A stretch of DNA of 64,000 bases, taken from the IMG/VR virus record IMGVR_UViG_3300037851_000831, positions 1-64,000 of that record; one strand, written 5' to 3'. The notes beneath the pieces were generated by a model. It saw only the letters and a program-made list of their open reading frames with translations. It searched no databases and was not told where the DNA came from. The DNA comes from a virus. Below, one piece after another: positions 29,439-38,483 of this stretch; the first letter of the stretch is position 1; every line of letters starts with the position of its first letter. A program made the position numbers and the translations under genes.

Positions 29439-30020
29439 GTGAAAGTTGGAATATACGGATTTAGAAATAAAGAAAAACCAGAGAAGTGGTATGTTGGTCA
29501 GAGTGTCAACATAGAGAACCGATGGAATGAGTATCGGCTACTTCGTTGTAAAAGTCAACCCAAGTGGTATAACGCTTTGGTAAAGCATGGATACGAAGGA
29601 TTTGATGCGTTCATCCTTGAGGAATGTGAAGCGGAACGTTTATCGGAGCGTGAAGAGTTTTGGGTCAAGGAAAAGAACAGCGTTGAGAACGGATATAACT
29701 GCAAATCGGGCGGATACAAAGGAGGAAAGCATTCGGAAGAAACAAAGCAGAAGTTGAGATTGGCAAAGTTGGGAAAGCCCAATAGCCCCGAGTCAAATGC
29801 CAAGCGCCGTCTCTATCACGCTTCACCAGAAACAAAGGCTAAAATCAGTGCTTCGTTGATTGGAAATCAGTATCATGCTGGTGTGGCACATACCGAAGAA
29901 ACCAAATCAAAAATATCCGCTTGGGGAAAGAACCGCTGCAAATCGCCCGAACATAGGGCGAAAATTGCAGCGGCACATCTTAAACGCAACCGGGAGCGAA
30001 GAGAAAAGCAACTTCTCTAA
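29439..30020 (+). mobile_element. Free-standing GIY-YIG homing endonuclease with NUMOD3-type repeats
   Basis: GIY...YVGQS, R, E, GYN; HSEETK/HTEETK repeats; AT-richer and opposite strand to neighbours. Confidence 0.92.
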
Positions 30021-30031
30021 GTCGTTGATTT

Positions 30032-30445
30032 TCACATACTCCAATACGTCTCGCTTGTTGGATCGCATGACAGAGGAGTACCCAGCGGCACCTTGATCTT
30101 GCCAGCGCCCGGATTGCCCGGCATCGTGCCTTCCGTGCAGGGGATGCCTTCGTCGTTGAGCACGAGACCGAACTTCGCGCCGAAGCGAGCCATGACGAGA
30201 GCGTTAACTGCCTTTGAGTGATGCGACAATCCCTGATCCTTGGCGGTCTTGGCGACGGCAGTCGAGACCGTGCCATAAACCTCTTCAGCAGTGGCGACGA
30301 TATCAGAGGTCAAGATCGCCTCAACCTCCCAGCGGTTGAAACCCATGTTGACGAGTTCACGAACCACACGCTTCCAGTCGTTAAACATGGTCGCGGCAGG
30401 GAGGTTGGAGAGTTCCTTGGCAAGACGAACGGCTTCAGAGTTCAT
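30032..30445 (-). CDS. Hypothetical protein (CDPTSETYWSM C-terminus)
   Basis: Promoter-linked ATG. Confidence 0.7.
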   Translation of the reverse strand: MNSEAVRLAKELSNLPAATMFNDWKRVVRELVNMGFNRWEVEAILTSDIVATAEEVYGTVSTAVAKTAKDQGLSHHSKAVNALVMARFGAKFGLVLNDEGIPCTEGTMPGNPGAGKIKVPLGTPLSCDPTSETYWSM

Positions 30446-30510
30446 GACGGAGACAATGACACCTTTTTGGAAAAAGTCAATAGCCTGACAAAAGATTTCC
30501 GAAGATTTTT

Positions 30511-30801
30511 TTAGGATGCAGGAACCTTTGCCTTCTTCCACTTGACCGAAGTCGTGGTGGTACGAACGTAAAACTCCGTTGTGAGTTTCTCCCTCGGAAC
30601 GGCATCCTCGTAAGGGAACTTCCCCCAAATGAAATCTTGCGCGTGAAGGTCGTAATAACCCGAGGTAGATACCTTCTGCTCAAGCACTTCGCCCGGCTTG
30701 AAGTTGCGCAGATGCCCGGCGATGTTGCACGTGTGCTTCTTGGCAACGACCAGCACGCTCACGTAATGGGTCTTCGTTTCTTTGGTGTTTTCAACTTTCA
30801 T
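30511..30801 (-). CDS. Hypothetical protein
   Basis: ATGA overlap. Confidence 0.65.
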   Translation of the reverse strand: MKVENTKETKTHYVSVLVVAKKHTCNIAGHLRNFKPGEVLEQKVSTSGYYDLHAQDFIWGKFPYEDAVPREKLTTEFYVRTTTTSVKWKKAKVPAS

Positions 30802-31010
30802 CGTTTTCCGAGGTCGAGGTAGCCATTGCACACATCAATATCGTCGGTGTACGGCTTCTCAGTGGTTGGGAGTTCAAGGTTGCGAAAAGTGGTCCACGTG
30901 TTCCAGTTGGCGCTTTTCTCCTCCATTACCCGAACGACGAGTTCGTCCGGGAGCGTGGCGAGATATTCGCGGAATTGTTTTACCGTGACGGCTGGAGGGT
31001 TATCCTTCAT
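30798..31010 (-). CDS. Hypothetical protein
   Basis: TVKQFREYLATLPD motif. Confidence 0.65.
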   Translation of the reverse strand: MKDNPPAVTVKQFREYLATLPDELVVRVMEEKSANWNTWTTFRNLELPTTEKPYTDDIDVCNGYLDLGKR

Positions 31011-31344
31011 TTTGCATTCTCTCAATCATGTGCGCACGACGCGATTCGAGTGTCCATTCCACCGAGGCAAGTTCGCGCTGGTGCGCACGGTAGGCGAGTT
31101 GATCCTTCACCGCATCCCTGCCCACGGCGACCATGTGTGCGAACAGATCGCTCGTGGAGGAAAACTTGTTGCCCTTGCCATCCTTGGAGTTCGCAAGGGT
31201 GAACCCACCCCAATTCAGGAGGGAACCTTCGGTGTCGAAGGCGATCATCCCATAGGTCGCAAACTCCTTGCAGTAGTAGATCGAGAGAGCAACCGTCTCG
31301 TCGAGCACGAACGCTGAGTGAACGAAGGTGTTGGTGAAGTTCAT
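31000..31344 (-). CDS. Hypothetical protein
   Basis: Promoter-linked ATG. Confidence 0.7.
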   Translation of the reverse strand: MNFTNTFVHSAFVLDETVALSIYYCKEFATYGMIAFDTEGSLLNWGGFTLANSKDGKGNKFSSTSDLFAHMVAVGRDAVKDQLAYRAHQRELASVEWTLESRRAHMIERMQNEG

Positions 31345-31402
31345 GCCACCACCATACCACTTTCTTTTAATTTGTCAAGCCCTTGGGCGAAGAAAGTTGA
31401 AA

Positions 31403-31765
31403 TTACTTCTGCCCGTGAAGTCGCTCCAACTCGCGCACGGCAAGGTCTCGGAGTTCGTCAACCTGCTTCTTACGCTTCGCTTCCTGACGATTGCGATACC
31501 AGCGAAGAATCGGGTTGCCCTTCTTGTCTCTGGATACCCGTTTGCCAGTCACGAGACCGAGAAGGAACGCCGCGAGTACCATCGAACCCCACAGGATGCC
31601 GATGACGAGAAATACCGCCATGACAAAGGCAGGAAGCACCCACAGAGGAGCGAGTACCCACCACCAACTCCAGTCGATGAAATGGGTCAACTTGAGACCG
31701 ATGAAGAGAATTGCAAGGAGACCGAAGAATCCGATCCCACCGCCAGACGAGGATGATTTTGACAT
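31403..31765 (-). CDS. Phage membrane protein (GLKL..IDWSWWWVLAPLW family)
   Basis: Conserved TM motif. Confidence 0.8.
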   Translation of the reverse strand: MSKSSSSGGGIGFFGLLAILFIGLKLTHFIDWSWWWVLAPLWVLPAFVMAVFLVIGILWGSMVLAAFLLGLVTGKRVSRDKKGNPILRWYRNRQEAKRKKQVDELRDLAVRELERLHGQK

Positions 31766-31795
31766 GGTTGTATGTTGACTGTTGTTGAAAGAATG

Positions 31796-32125
31796 TCAAG
31801 CCGCTTCCACAAGCGCCTTGAGTTTCTCCGTGTCGGAAAAGGCAATAACCTGCCGGGCATACTTGGGCATCTTCTTCATAACGTGCACCATCTGCTTGTC
31901 GGAGAGTTTGCCACGGGAGATGTACTGCTTGGCAAGAGAGGTGAGGAAGTGCCCATCGGTGCCAGTGAAACCGATGCCGTTGTCGTCGGTGGTGGCTTCC
32001 ATCGACTGCTCGGAGGAGGTCTGATTCTCCTTGAAGATACGAACGAGAGCCTTCAGCGCCCACGCCTCGTTGGTGGCGAGTTGCTGACGAACGAAAGCGA
32101 GCGTGTTCTTCTTGGTCGTTTTCAT
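31796..32125 (-). CDS. Hypothetical phage protein (QT..EQ...NGIGF..D..LSDKQ)
   Basis: Promoter-linked ATG. Confidence 0.75.
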   Translation of the reverse strand: MKTTKKNTLAFVRQQLATNEAWALKALVRIFKENQTSSEQSMEATTDDNGIGFTGTDGHFLTSLAKQYISRGKLSDKQMVHVMKKMPKYARQVIAFSDTEKLKALVEAA

Positions 32126-32171
32126 GCGACCACTATGGAGAGTTCTTAAAAGAAAGTCAAGCCCCCGAACG

Positions 32172-32201
32172 AAAAAAAGGGCGGAATTTTTCATTCCGCC
32201 C
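32172..32201 (-). terminator. Intrinsic terminator closing the radical SAM + peptide operon
   Basis: GGGCGGAAT/ATTCCGCCC stem with U-run on minus strand. Confidence 0.8.
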
Positions 32202-32223
32202 CTCGAAGGAAATATCGTCTTCC

Positions 32224-32358
32224 TTAGACGGTCTCGGCACCACCAAGGATGGCAAGTTGCCCACAGGCGGCACCGGCTTCAACCTCGGCTTTGGTAGCCA
32301 CGGCGATGGCGAAATCGTATCCAGCGGATTCGAGTTGGTTCTTGATGTCTTCGTTCAT
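32224..32358 (-). CDS. 44 aa peptide equivalent to the RlmN/Cfr C-terminal methyl-carrier segment (not in ORF track)
   Basis: MNEDIKNQLESAGYDFAIAVATKAEVEAGAACGQLAILGGAETV; AACGQL motif; starts 22 nt after radical SAM stop, in a different frame. Confidence 0.85.
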   Translation of the reverse strand: MNEDIKNQLESAGYDFAIAVATKAEVEAGAACGQLAILGGAETV

Positions 32359-32380
32359 AATGTGTCTTTCGTTGTTTTTC

Positions 32381-33166
32381 TCAGACGAGATTGATTGCCT
32401 GAATCACACCCTTACCAAGAGCGTTCTTGTCGGAAACGTCGTTGGGGTTGATGGGACTCAACTTGATGAAGAACTTGGCAGGGTCGAAGTTTTCCCGAAG
32501 TTTCTCGATGTTGAAATCCTTCGGATCGACGAGGGTAAGGTTGACGGTCGTCTTGAGATTGCTCTCCGTGCGAATCTGACCGAGTTCGGGAATGGTGATC
32601 TTCCGATTGTAAGGGATGAGCCAGTTCCGATGAGACTCGTCAAGCGAGTGCAGCGACACCTGAAGGGTAACGTTCCCCTTGACGAAGGAGTAATCGGCAT
32701 CCTGAATTCCGATGGTCGAAATGTAGTGATGCGTGTTCGGGTAGATTTCGTCAATCATCTTGATCGCCTTCTTGACGTTCTCGATGTTGAGGAAAGGCTC
32801 GCCCATGCGGGTGTAGTTGATCTTGAATTCCTTCGACTTGCGAGGATCGAAGCCCGGATTCTTGGCAACCACGAACATCACTTGCGCGACGATTTCCTCA
32901 GCGGTCATGTTTCTCCACTTGCGGAGTTTCGCCGTCGCACAGAACTTGCAGCGCACGGGGCACCCACTCATGACCGACACACCGACCATCCAACGCTCGT
33001 TGCGGTCGCCGAGTTCGTAGGAGTCGAGGCAGTTCTGCTTGCGACCAATGGCATCCTTCGTGTAGAAGGGAAGGAACGTGTCGGTCGTCTCGATGGGATA
33101 GCCGTCTTCGGTGTGGAGAAGATAGACACTCCCGTTGGCGAACGTCTTGTGAAGTTTCTCAATCAT
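32381..33166 (-). CDS. RlmN/Cfr-like radical SAM enzyme lacking the C-terminal segment
   Basis: IET, SGCPVRCKFCAT, MGEP, ISTIG, VSLH, KLSPINP; ends before AACGQL. Confidence 0.9.
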   Translation of the reverse strand: MIEKLHKTFANGSVYLLHTEDGYPIETTDTFLPFYTKDAIGRKQNCLDSYELGDRNERWMVGVSVMSGCPVRCKFCATAKLRKWRNMTAEEIVAQVMFVVAKNPGFDPRKSKEFKINYTRMGEPFLNIENVKKAIKMIDEIYPNTHHYISTIGIQDADYSFVKGNVTLQVSLHSLDESHRNWLIPYNRKITIPELGQIRTESNLKTTVNLTLVDPKDFNIEKLRENFDPAKFFIKLSPINPNDVSDKNALGKGVIQAINLV

Positions 33167-33223
33167 GGGATGGATTGAATCAGGAAATTAAAAGAAAGTC
33201 AAGCCTTTCCGATGACTTTTTTC

Positions 33224-33529
33224 TTAATAGTGCTGCCCACGATAGACGAACACCCACGCACCGTCGATTTCCTCCAACCCGAAGGCAGCGGTTTTATTGC
33301 CTCCCTCAAGGTCGAGAATCAATCCGACTTCATACATCAGTTCGGTCGGAGAGTGATAACCGGGTTGCATCTCGAACCGCAATTGCGATTCGCGAAGGTC
33401 GCTCGGCTCGTATTCCTTCTTTCCTCGAAGGGTGTAGAAGACCTTCGCGAGATACGTCGGCGTACCGGCGTACTCGCTCTTCGAAATCGGGTCGGTGTAG
33501 AGGATGACTTTCTTGACTGTTTTGTTCAT
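33224..33529 (-). CDS. Hypothetical protein
   Basis: ATGA overlap. Confidence 0.65.
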   Translation of the reverse strand: MNKTVKKVILYTDPISKSEYAGTPTYLAKVFYTLRGKKEYEPSDLRESQLRFEMQPGYHSPTELMYEVGLILDLEGGNKTAAFGLEEIDGAWVFVYRGQHY

Positions 33530-33645
33530 CGCTTTTTAGTTTGTCTGCGTTTCCTGTAGAGAGCCTTCTTGAATACCTTTTCCCATCGGATGAGAAACGC
33601 ATCAGTCATCCAGATGGAGTTCTGAGTTGGTCCTTTAGTTTTCAT
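33526..33645 (-). CDS. Small basic hypothetical protein (39 aa)
   Basis: ATGA overlaps at both ends. Confidence 0.5.
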   Translation of the reverse strand: MKTKGPTQNSIWMTDAFLIRWEKVFKKALYRKRRQTKKR

Positions 33646-33854
33646 CGTGACTCCCATGGCGCGTCTCGGAAATCTCCTGACGGGCGCGGTGTTCTTGGTC
33701 CTGGATTGTCGATTGTGGCGAGAGAAACCTCGTTGGCAAACTCTCTCAACTTCCGCGCATCATCAGCGAAGGGGCGACTCTCACCCATCGGACCGTTGTC
33801 GATGGAGAAGTTCTCCAAACGCTGCGCGAGTTGAAAGAGGTAGAGAATATTCAT
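33642..33854 (-). CDS. Hypothetical protein
   Basis: Abuts upstream stop. Confidence 0.6.
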   Translation of the reverse strand: MNILYLFQLAQRLENFSIDNGPMGESRPFADDARKLREFANEVSLATIDNPGPRTPRPSGDFRDAPWESR

Positions 33855-34100
33855 TTACCAACTGATTGTGGTCCAACTCTTACCCTCACGCTGGTCGGAT
33901 TCGCACTTGACGGTGTAGCCAAGGTCGCGAAGAACCTGAATGAGTTTCGGATTGTCTCCGAGGTACTCGATGTTTATGGCGTAGTTTCCTGCGGTGATCG
34001 CCTGCTTGATCTTGACTTCAATGCGCTTGAGAACGCCATGAATCGTCAGACGCTCATTCTCGGAAGACTGTTTGCGTGCCTCTTCTGCTTTGATCATCAT
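33855..34100 (-). CDS. Hypothetical protein
   Basis: Promoter-linked ATG. Confidence 0.7.
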   Translation of the reverse strand: MMIKAEEARKQSSENERLTIHGVLKRIEVKIKQAITAGNYAINIEYLGDNPKLIQVLRDLGYTVKCESDQREGKSWTTISW

Positions 34101-34144
34101 GGCGAGAATTAGATCAGGAGTTAGAAAAAAGTCAAGCCCTTGTT

Positions 34145-34426
34145 TTAGATACTCTCGGCGTTTGCCTTGAACATCACAGCGGAACGACCACGGCGCGACT
34201 TGTTCTTTCCACGGCTGGTGCCATCCTTGATGAGTAGACCCTGCTTGATCGCACGCTGCACGCGCATGTAGATCGTGATATACTCGATGCCACGATTCTT
34301 CTGCTGAATCTGCTTGAAGGAGAAACGCTTCTCCAGCGACGGCACCTTGATCGGCGTGTTGCGAACCAGACGTGCCTTGGCGACGACCGGTGTTTCAGTG
34401 ATGACGGGAGCGGTTGCGGTATCCAT
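34145..34426 (-). CDS. Small basic winged-helix-like DNA-binding protein
   Basis: FSFKQI..NRGIEYITIYMRVQ; paralog of 54900-55160. Confidence 0.6.
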   Translation of the reverse strand: MDTATAPVITETPVVAKARLVRNTPIKVPSLEKRFSFKQIQQKNRGIEYITIYMRVQRAIKQGLLIKDGTSRGKNKSRRGRSAVMFKANAESI

Positions 34427-34431
34427 GAGGA

Positions 34432-34635
34432 TTATTTTGATTTGAGTGTGATCTTGAACCAAGGAGTGAGAGTGACGGGCCATGCCAACGTTAGAGCGAC
34501 GGCGACGACGGTAACGATGAATACTGCGAGGAACGGCCAGATGAGGAACACGATGGGGCGAGCCCAAAGGGGAATCGCCACCTTGCTTTCGGGGCGGCGA
34601 ATCTTGAGATGTTCGAGGCGGGTCTTTTCTTTCAT
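34432..34635 (-). CDS. Small membrane protein
   Basis: Hydrophobic segment. Confidence 0.6.
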   Translation of the reverse strand: MKEKTRLEHLKIRRPESKVAIPLWARPIVFLIWPFLAVFIVTVVAVALTLAWPVTLTPWFKITLKSK

Positions 34636-35048
34636 GGGAATAGTTTCTTGATGATTCGGCGGATGAAACTCGGCTCTTCGAGTTCTTCTTGTATCTGCAC
34701 TTCGGCGGAAGGAAAGTGGTAGACGGGAGAAACGTTCTCTGCCGCAGTGTTTTCGGGAAGGTGGAACAGACTCGCGACACGATATACTACACCATCCTGC
34801 TCATAGTGGAACCGCAGGGTGATCATATCGTTGGCGGCGAGTTCCCCGAGAATGATGGCAAGACTGCACTTCGCCTCATTATCCTCAACACGCAGCATTT
34901 TTGCAAGCGTGTCGAATGAATATTCGGCGGGATTCAGAAGAGACTCGTCGAAGATGAGTTTGATGCGGTCAACCATCCACGCGTCTTTCGAGTGGCGCAC
35001 GGATATGCCTGCAAACAGCAAATCCTTAATCTTGAGAAGTTTGTTCAC
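34632..35048 (-). CDS. Hypothetical protein
   Basis: GTGA overlap start (uncertain). Confidence 0.6.
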   Translation of the reverse strand: MNKLLKIKDLLFAGISVRHSKDAWMVDRIKLIFDESLLNPAEYSFDTLAKMLRVEDNEAKCSLAIILGELAANDMITLRFHYEQDGVVYRVASLFHLPENTAAENVSPVYHFPSAEVQIQEELEEPSFIRRIIKKLFP

Positions 35049-35386
35049 TGAAAGCGAGGATTGTGTGAACCGAGCGCGAAGTTCGTGATCGCCCAGCGCC
35101 CGAGCGTATCGCACGCTTCGAGGTAGGCACCCCAATTTTCGATAGCAGCCTTCGCCTCGTGAAGACCCATGCGGGTCGCCGTGCGAAGAGCCTTGATGGC
35201 ACCGATCTTGTTGTGCCCGTTGAGGTTGCCCTCGATTTCGGCGATGCGACTCGAATAGGTCGTGCGAAACTGCTTGGTGAGGTCGCTCTCGGAGAGGATT
35301 TTCACATCCACATCCACACCCATGCGTTCGCGCATGGCATCCTGAATCATCTTCGTGGCTTCCGCCATGGTGAGAGTCATAATCAT
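35045..35386 (-). CDS. Ribosomal protein bL12 C-terminal-domain-like protein
   Basis: KIGAIKALRTATRMGLHEAKAAIE resembles the L7/L12 KI.VIK.VR..TGLGLKEAK motif. Confidence 0.75.
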   Translation of the reverse strand: MIMTLTMAEATKMIQDAMRERMGVDVDVKILSESDLTKQFRTTYSSRIAEIEGNLNGHNKIGAIKALRTATRMGLHEAKAAIENWGAYLEACDTLGRWAITNFALGSHNPRFQ

Positions 35387-35440
35387 GTGTATGAGTAGAT
35401 CAGGTTTCTAAAAGAAGTCAAGCCTTTCAGACGAATTTCT

Positions 35441-35902
35441 TCAAGAAAGTTTGTAGAGGGTCGGCTTCTTGCCCTTACCCGAGGTCTCGGCAACGCCACA
35501 CGCCACACAGTTCGCCTCGACCCACTTCAGAGCGTAGGGATAGGGAACGTTGGAATGTTCAGCAACCTCCCGAGCGGTGAACTTCTCCTTGGCTGGCGCA
35601 GAGATGGGCTTGGAAGAGAGGGAGCCACGCTTGGCACGAACCTTCACCTCCACAATCGGATTGGCTGTATTGCCTCCGGATGGCGCGGCAACAGCCTTCC
35701 ACGGCTTCGCCGGGGATGCTCCAGAAACCACGTAGGAAGGTCCGAGCGGAGTTCCATCCGCAAACGTTCCCACGATGGTCACGCCGCAGTCAGAAACGTG
35801 CACGACCTTGGCGTAGGAGATGGCACCAACGCCCTTGAACACAACCTCGGAACCCTCCGGAAAGGTATTCAGCGGGCGAACCTCTTCAATGGTCTTAATC
35901 AT
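35441..35902 (-). CDS. Hypothetical protein with C-terminal winged-helix-like segment
   Basis: FTAREVAE...GKGKKPTLY. Confidence 0.65.
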   Translation of the reverse strand: MIKTIEEVRPLNTFPEGSEVVFKGVGAISYAKVVHVSDCGVTIVGTFADGTPLGPSYVVSGASPAKPWKAVAAPSGGNTANPIVEVKVRAKRGSLSSKPISAPAKEKFTAREVAEHSNVPYPYALKWVEANCVACGVAETSGKGKKPTLYKLS

Positions 35903-35934
35903 GGGAATGAGTATGGAGAGTTCTTTTAAGAAAG

Positions 35935-36306
35935 TCAAGCCTTCTGCATCAACTTTCTGACATTATTCAGGCGATTGTTGAGAGCGTTGATGTACAAGGC
36001 GAAATACTTGTTGAGGAACGCATCGTCAACCTTTCCCAAATGAGCCGCGTCAAGTTGAACCCATGTGCGGTCGTCAAACGTATCTTCAATCGCATCGACC
36101 AGAACAAGATCGTTGACGCGGGTATGGAGGCGCGGAGAAAAATCCTTGACGGCAACATCGAGGTGTCGCCCGGTACGACTATCCCGGAAACGCTTGTCGG
36201 CGCACCGCACGCGACCGAAAGTGTCGTAGAGTTTCACGAAGACGATTTCGCCTTCAGAGAATTCCTCACCCGTAGGCTGCGGCGGAATCTTTTTGGTCTT
36301 TGCCAT
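35935..36306 (-). CDS. Hypothetical protein
   Basis: Ends KA* in next -35. Confidence 0.7.
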   Translation of the reverse strand: MAKTKKIPPQPTGEEFSEGEIVFVKLYDTFGRVRCADKRFRDSRTGRHLDVAVKDFSPRLHTRVNDLVLVDAIEDTFDDRTWVQLDAAHLGKVDDAFLNKYFALYINALNNRLNNVRKLMQKA

Positions 36307-36314
36307 GGTGGTAT

Positions 36315-36707
36315 TTACGGCTTCTTAACCTCTTCAACCTTCGTGATGTAGGGGTAGTACTGAATGAACCACCAGACGGTCTTCTCACCCTCGACCGTAA
36401 GGTTGTAGGTCTTGCCAACCTCCATGACTCCGTAAATCTCATCAGCATTCCAGATGCCGAGAAGAAAGCCGTTGTCAACCTCGTAGGTGCCCTTGTCGGT
36501 CGTCACCATGTAGGAAGACGAGTTCTTACCAGCATCAACGTGCTTGGTAATGACCGTGGCTTCCTTCACAGAAGCCTCGGGACCGAATCCACCCGCCCGA
36601 TTGCACGCACGCAATCCGAACGCGAAGAAGAGAATGACGAAGAGAACAAAGAGCCCACCAAGGATGGAAGCCCAACTATCATCAGAACGAGAGCGGTAGT
36701 ATGACAT
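36315..36707 (-). CDS. Membrane-anchored OB-fold-like protein
   Basis: TM helix, then YMV.TDKGTYE...GKTY...YPYI. Confidence 0.7.
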   Translation of the reverse strand: MSYYRSRSDDSWASILGGLFVLFVILFFAFGLRACNRAGGFGPEASVKEATVITKHVDAGKNSSSYMVTTDKGTYEVDNGFLLGIWNADEIYGVMEVGKTYNLTVEGEKTVWWFIQYYPYITKVEEVKKP

Positions 36708-36747
36708 AGTGATATGAGTTAAACAGGTTTCTAAAAGAAGTCAAGCC

Positions 36748-37044
36748 TTAGTCGATCTTTTCTTTGTAGATTTCGACATCCACACCGTTGAACTTCGAGA
36801 GTTCCATGATGCGGTTATACATGCGAACCCGAGCGGGACCGGTGGAAACCATCTTGATAACCTTCTCCAGCACGACGTTGACGGGGAAGAAGTAAACCTC
36901 CTGCTCAACCTCGTAGGGCGTGAAAACTTCCCACAGGGCATTACCACCGCCCCCGGAGTCGATGAGGTTGCCGAGTTCGTTGAAACGGATGCAGACGTAG
37001 CGCACGACAGCCGGGCGCGTCTTGGATTTGAATAGTGTGAACAT
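36748..37044 (-). CDS. Hypothetical protein
   Basis: 98 aa ORF. Confidence 0.6.
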   Translation of the reverse strand: MFTLFKSKTRPAVVRYVCIRFNELGNLIDSGGGGNALWEVFTPYEVEQEVYFFPVNVVLEKVIKMVSTGPARVRMYNRIMELSKFNGVDVEIYKEKID

Positions 37045-37095
37045 ATGAAAAGGTGCAGAGCACCGGGGATTGGAGCCCCCGGTGCCCCACGGTTG

Positions 37096-37305
37096 TCAGT
37101 CGATGATTTCGATCCGACCGTGAACTTCGTTGAAGTCGCCGTCGAGCACAACTTCGATTCCGAGTGCGGGGCTACCCTGACCTTCGCCCTCGACCCAAGT
37201 GGCACCGCCATCGGTGGAATACTCAATGGAATACGAGTTCCACTGACCAGCCTTCAGCGTTTCCCACTTCTGAACGTTGCGAACAAGAATGGTGTTGTTT
37301 GACAT
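37096..37305 (-). CDS. Hypothetical protein
   Basis: Promoter-linked ATG; followed by hairpin 37060-37086. Confidence 0.65.
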   Translation of the reverse strand: MSNNTILVRNVQKWETLKAGQWNSYSIEYSTDGGATWVEGEGQGSPALGIEVVLDGDFNEVHGRIEIID

Positions 37306-37336
37306 GCCGATCACTATACCAGCATTTTTTTATTTG

Positions 37337-37639
37337 TCAATGGGTCGAGGCTTTTTTCTTCGACTTTTTTTCGAGCATCCTAACCTGATGGTAGTAGCCA
37401 CTTACCCAACGTTGCCACTCCGTCTTGTCAAACTCTTCGTTCAACTTGGCAAGTTCGATTCTCTCTTCCTCGGTAAGAGGTCGGGCGATGCAAGCAATTT
37501 GCGCACGACGAGCGCAAACCTCTTGAGGAAACACGTAAGGGCATTCATCCCGCGTGTTGGATGAAAAGCCCTCACGGTAGACAGGATCGAGCATATCCCG
37601 CATGTGGAGTTCCTGCTCAACCTGTTCGAGCGATTTCAT
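37337..37639 (-). CDS. Hypothetical protein
   Basis: TAATG overlap; CPY...W..GY. Confidence 0.65.
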   Translation of the reverse strand: MKSLEQVEQELHMRDMLDPVYREGFSSNTRDECPYVFPQEVCARRAQIACIARPLTEEERIELAKLNEEFDKTEWQRWVSGYYHQVRMLEKKSKKKASTH

Positions 37640-38049
37640 TACTCTTCCTCCGGAAACGCGTCGGCTTGGTCTTCCTTCTTACCGTAGGCGGGAGGCTCGG
37701 GATTGAAAATTTCCTTACCACCATCGGAGGAAAGTTCCGTAGACGGAAGGATATCCCGCACAGCCTTGTAGATGGCAACCACAACGGAGTCGTAAGGCTT
37801 GCGAGCGGTCTTGCAAAACTCAAACTCCATCTCGTCACGGTCAACGCAGCAGGTTTCGTATGAGTCGTCACCAACGCCGTTGAACATGATGCGGGAAGCG
37901 CCAAACATGGGTTTGGAACCCTCATCACCACAACCATTGCCGAGCGGCACGGGAGAGTTCTTGAAAATCTCGCGAGCCTTGGCTCTGAACTGCTTCCACT
38001 CAGCATCGGTGAAAGCAGGCTTGTTCTTCATGTAATGCGTGTATCCCAT
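37639..38049 (-). CDS. Conserved phage protein (MGYTHY...FCKTARKPYD)
   Basis: Promoter-linked ATG. Confidence 0.8.
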   Translation of the reverse strand: MGYTHYMKNKPAFTDAEWKQFRAKAREIFKNSPVPLGNGCGDEGSKPMFGASRIMFNGVGDDSYETCCVDRDEMEFEFCKTARKPYDSVVVAIYKAVRDILPSTELSSDGGKEIFNPEPPAYGKKEDQADAFPEEE

Positions 38050-38080
38050 GGAAGGAATGCTGACAGGTTTTTTTAGAAAG

Positions 38081-38443
38081 TCAAGCCTTACGCGCAGATT
38101 GTTTCACTTTTTCGAGGTCGGCTTTGATGCGCTTCAACTCATCAACGTTGATGTCAATGATTTGAGCCATCATAGGGTCGAGACGCTCCCTGAGTGCAAG
38201 TTTGCCACGGATGGTGTTGTCGAGGTTGGCAATCACATCGTCAACGGTCCACTTGGGAATATCCGCGACCGGTCGAACGTTAGAGGCAACGATGAGACCA
38301 CGCGCCAAGTCGGAAGGGCTGAGTTTCGCCTTGACCGCCTTGATCGCATACTCCACGCTCGAAGCACGCACGGTGTATTCCGTCACTTGATCGGCACACG
38401 GACCAGTCTCGACGGGCACGACATACTCTTGAATTCTCTTCAT
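38081..38443 (-). CDS. Hypothetical protein
   Basis: Promoter-linked; ends KA*. Confidence 0.7.
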   Translation of the reverse strand: MKRIQEYVVPVETGPCADQVTEYTVRASSVEYAIKAVKAKLSPSDLARGLIVASNVRPVADIPKWTVDDVIANLDNTIRGKLALRERLDPMMAQIIDINVDELKRIKADLEKVKQSARKA

Positions 38444-38483
38444 GACGAAACGTTGACGGATTTCTTTTAACTTGTCAAGCCTC

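Noticed and set aside
29439-30020. Group I intron around the GIY-YIG gene
   Set aside because: Flanks are only ~10-50 nt and the neighbouring ORFs are complete; it appears free-standing.
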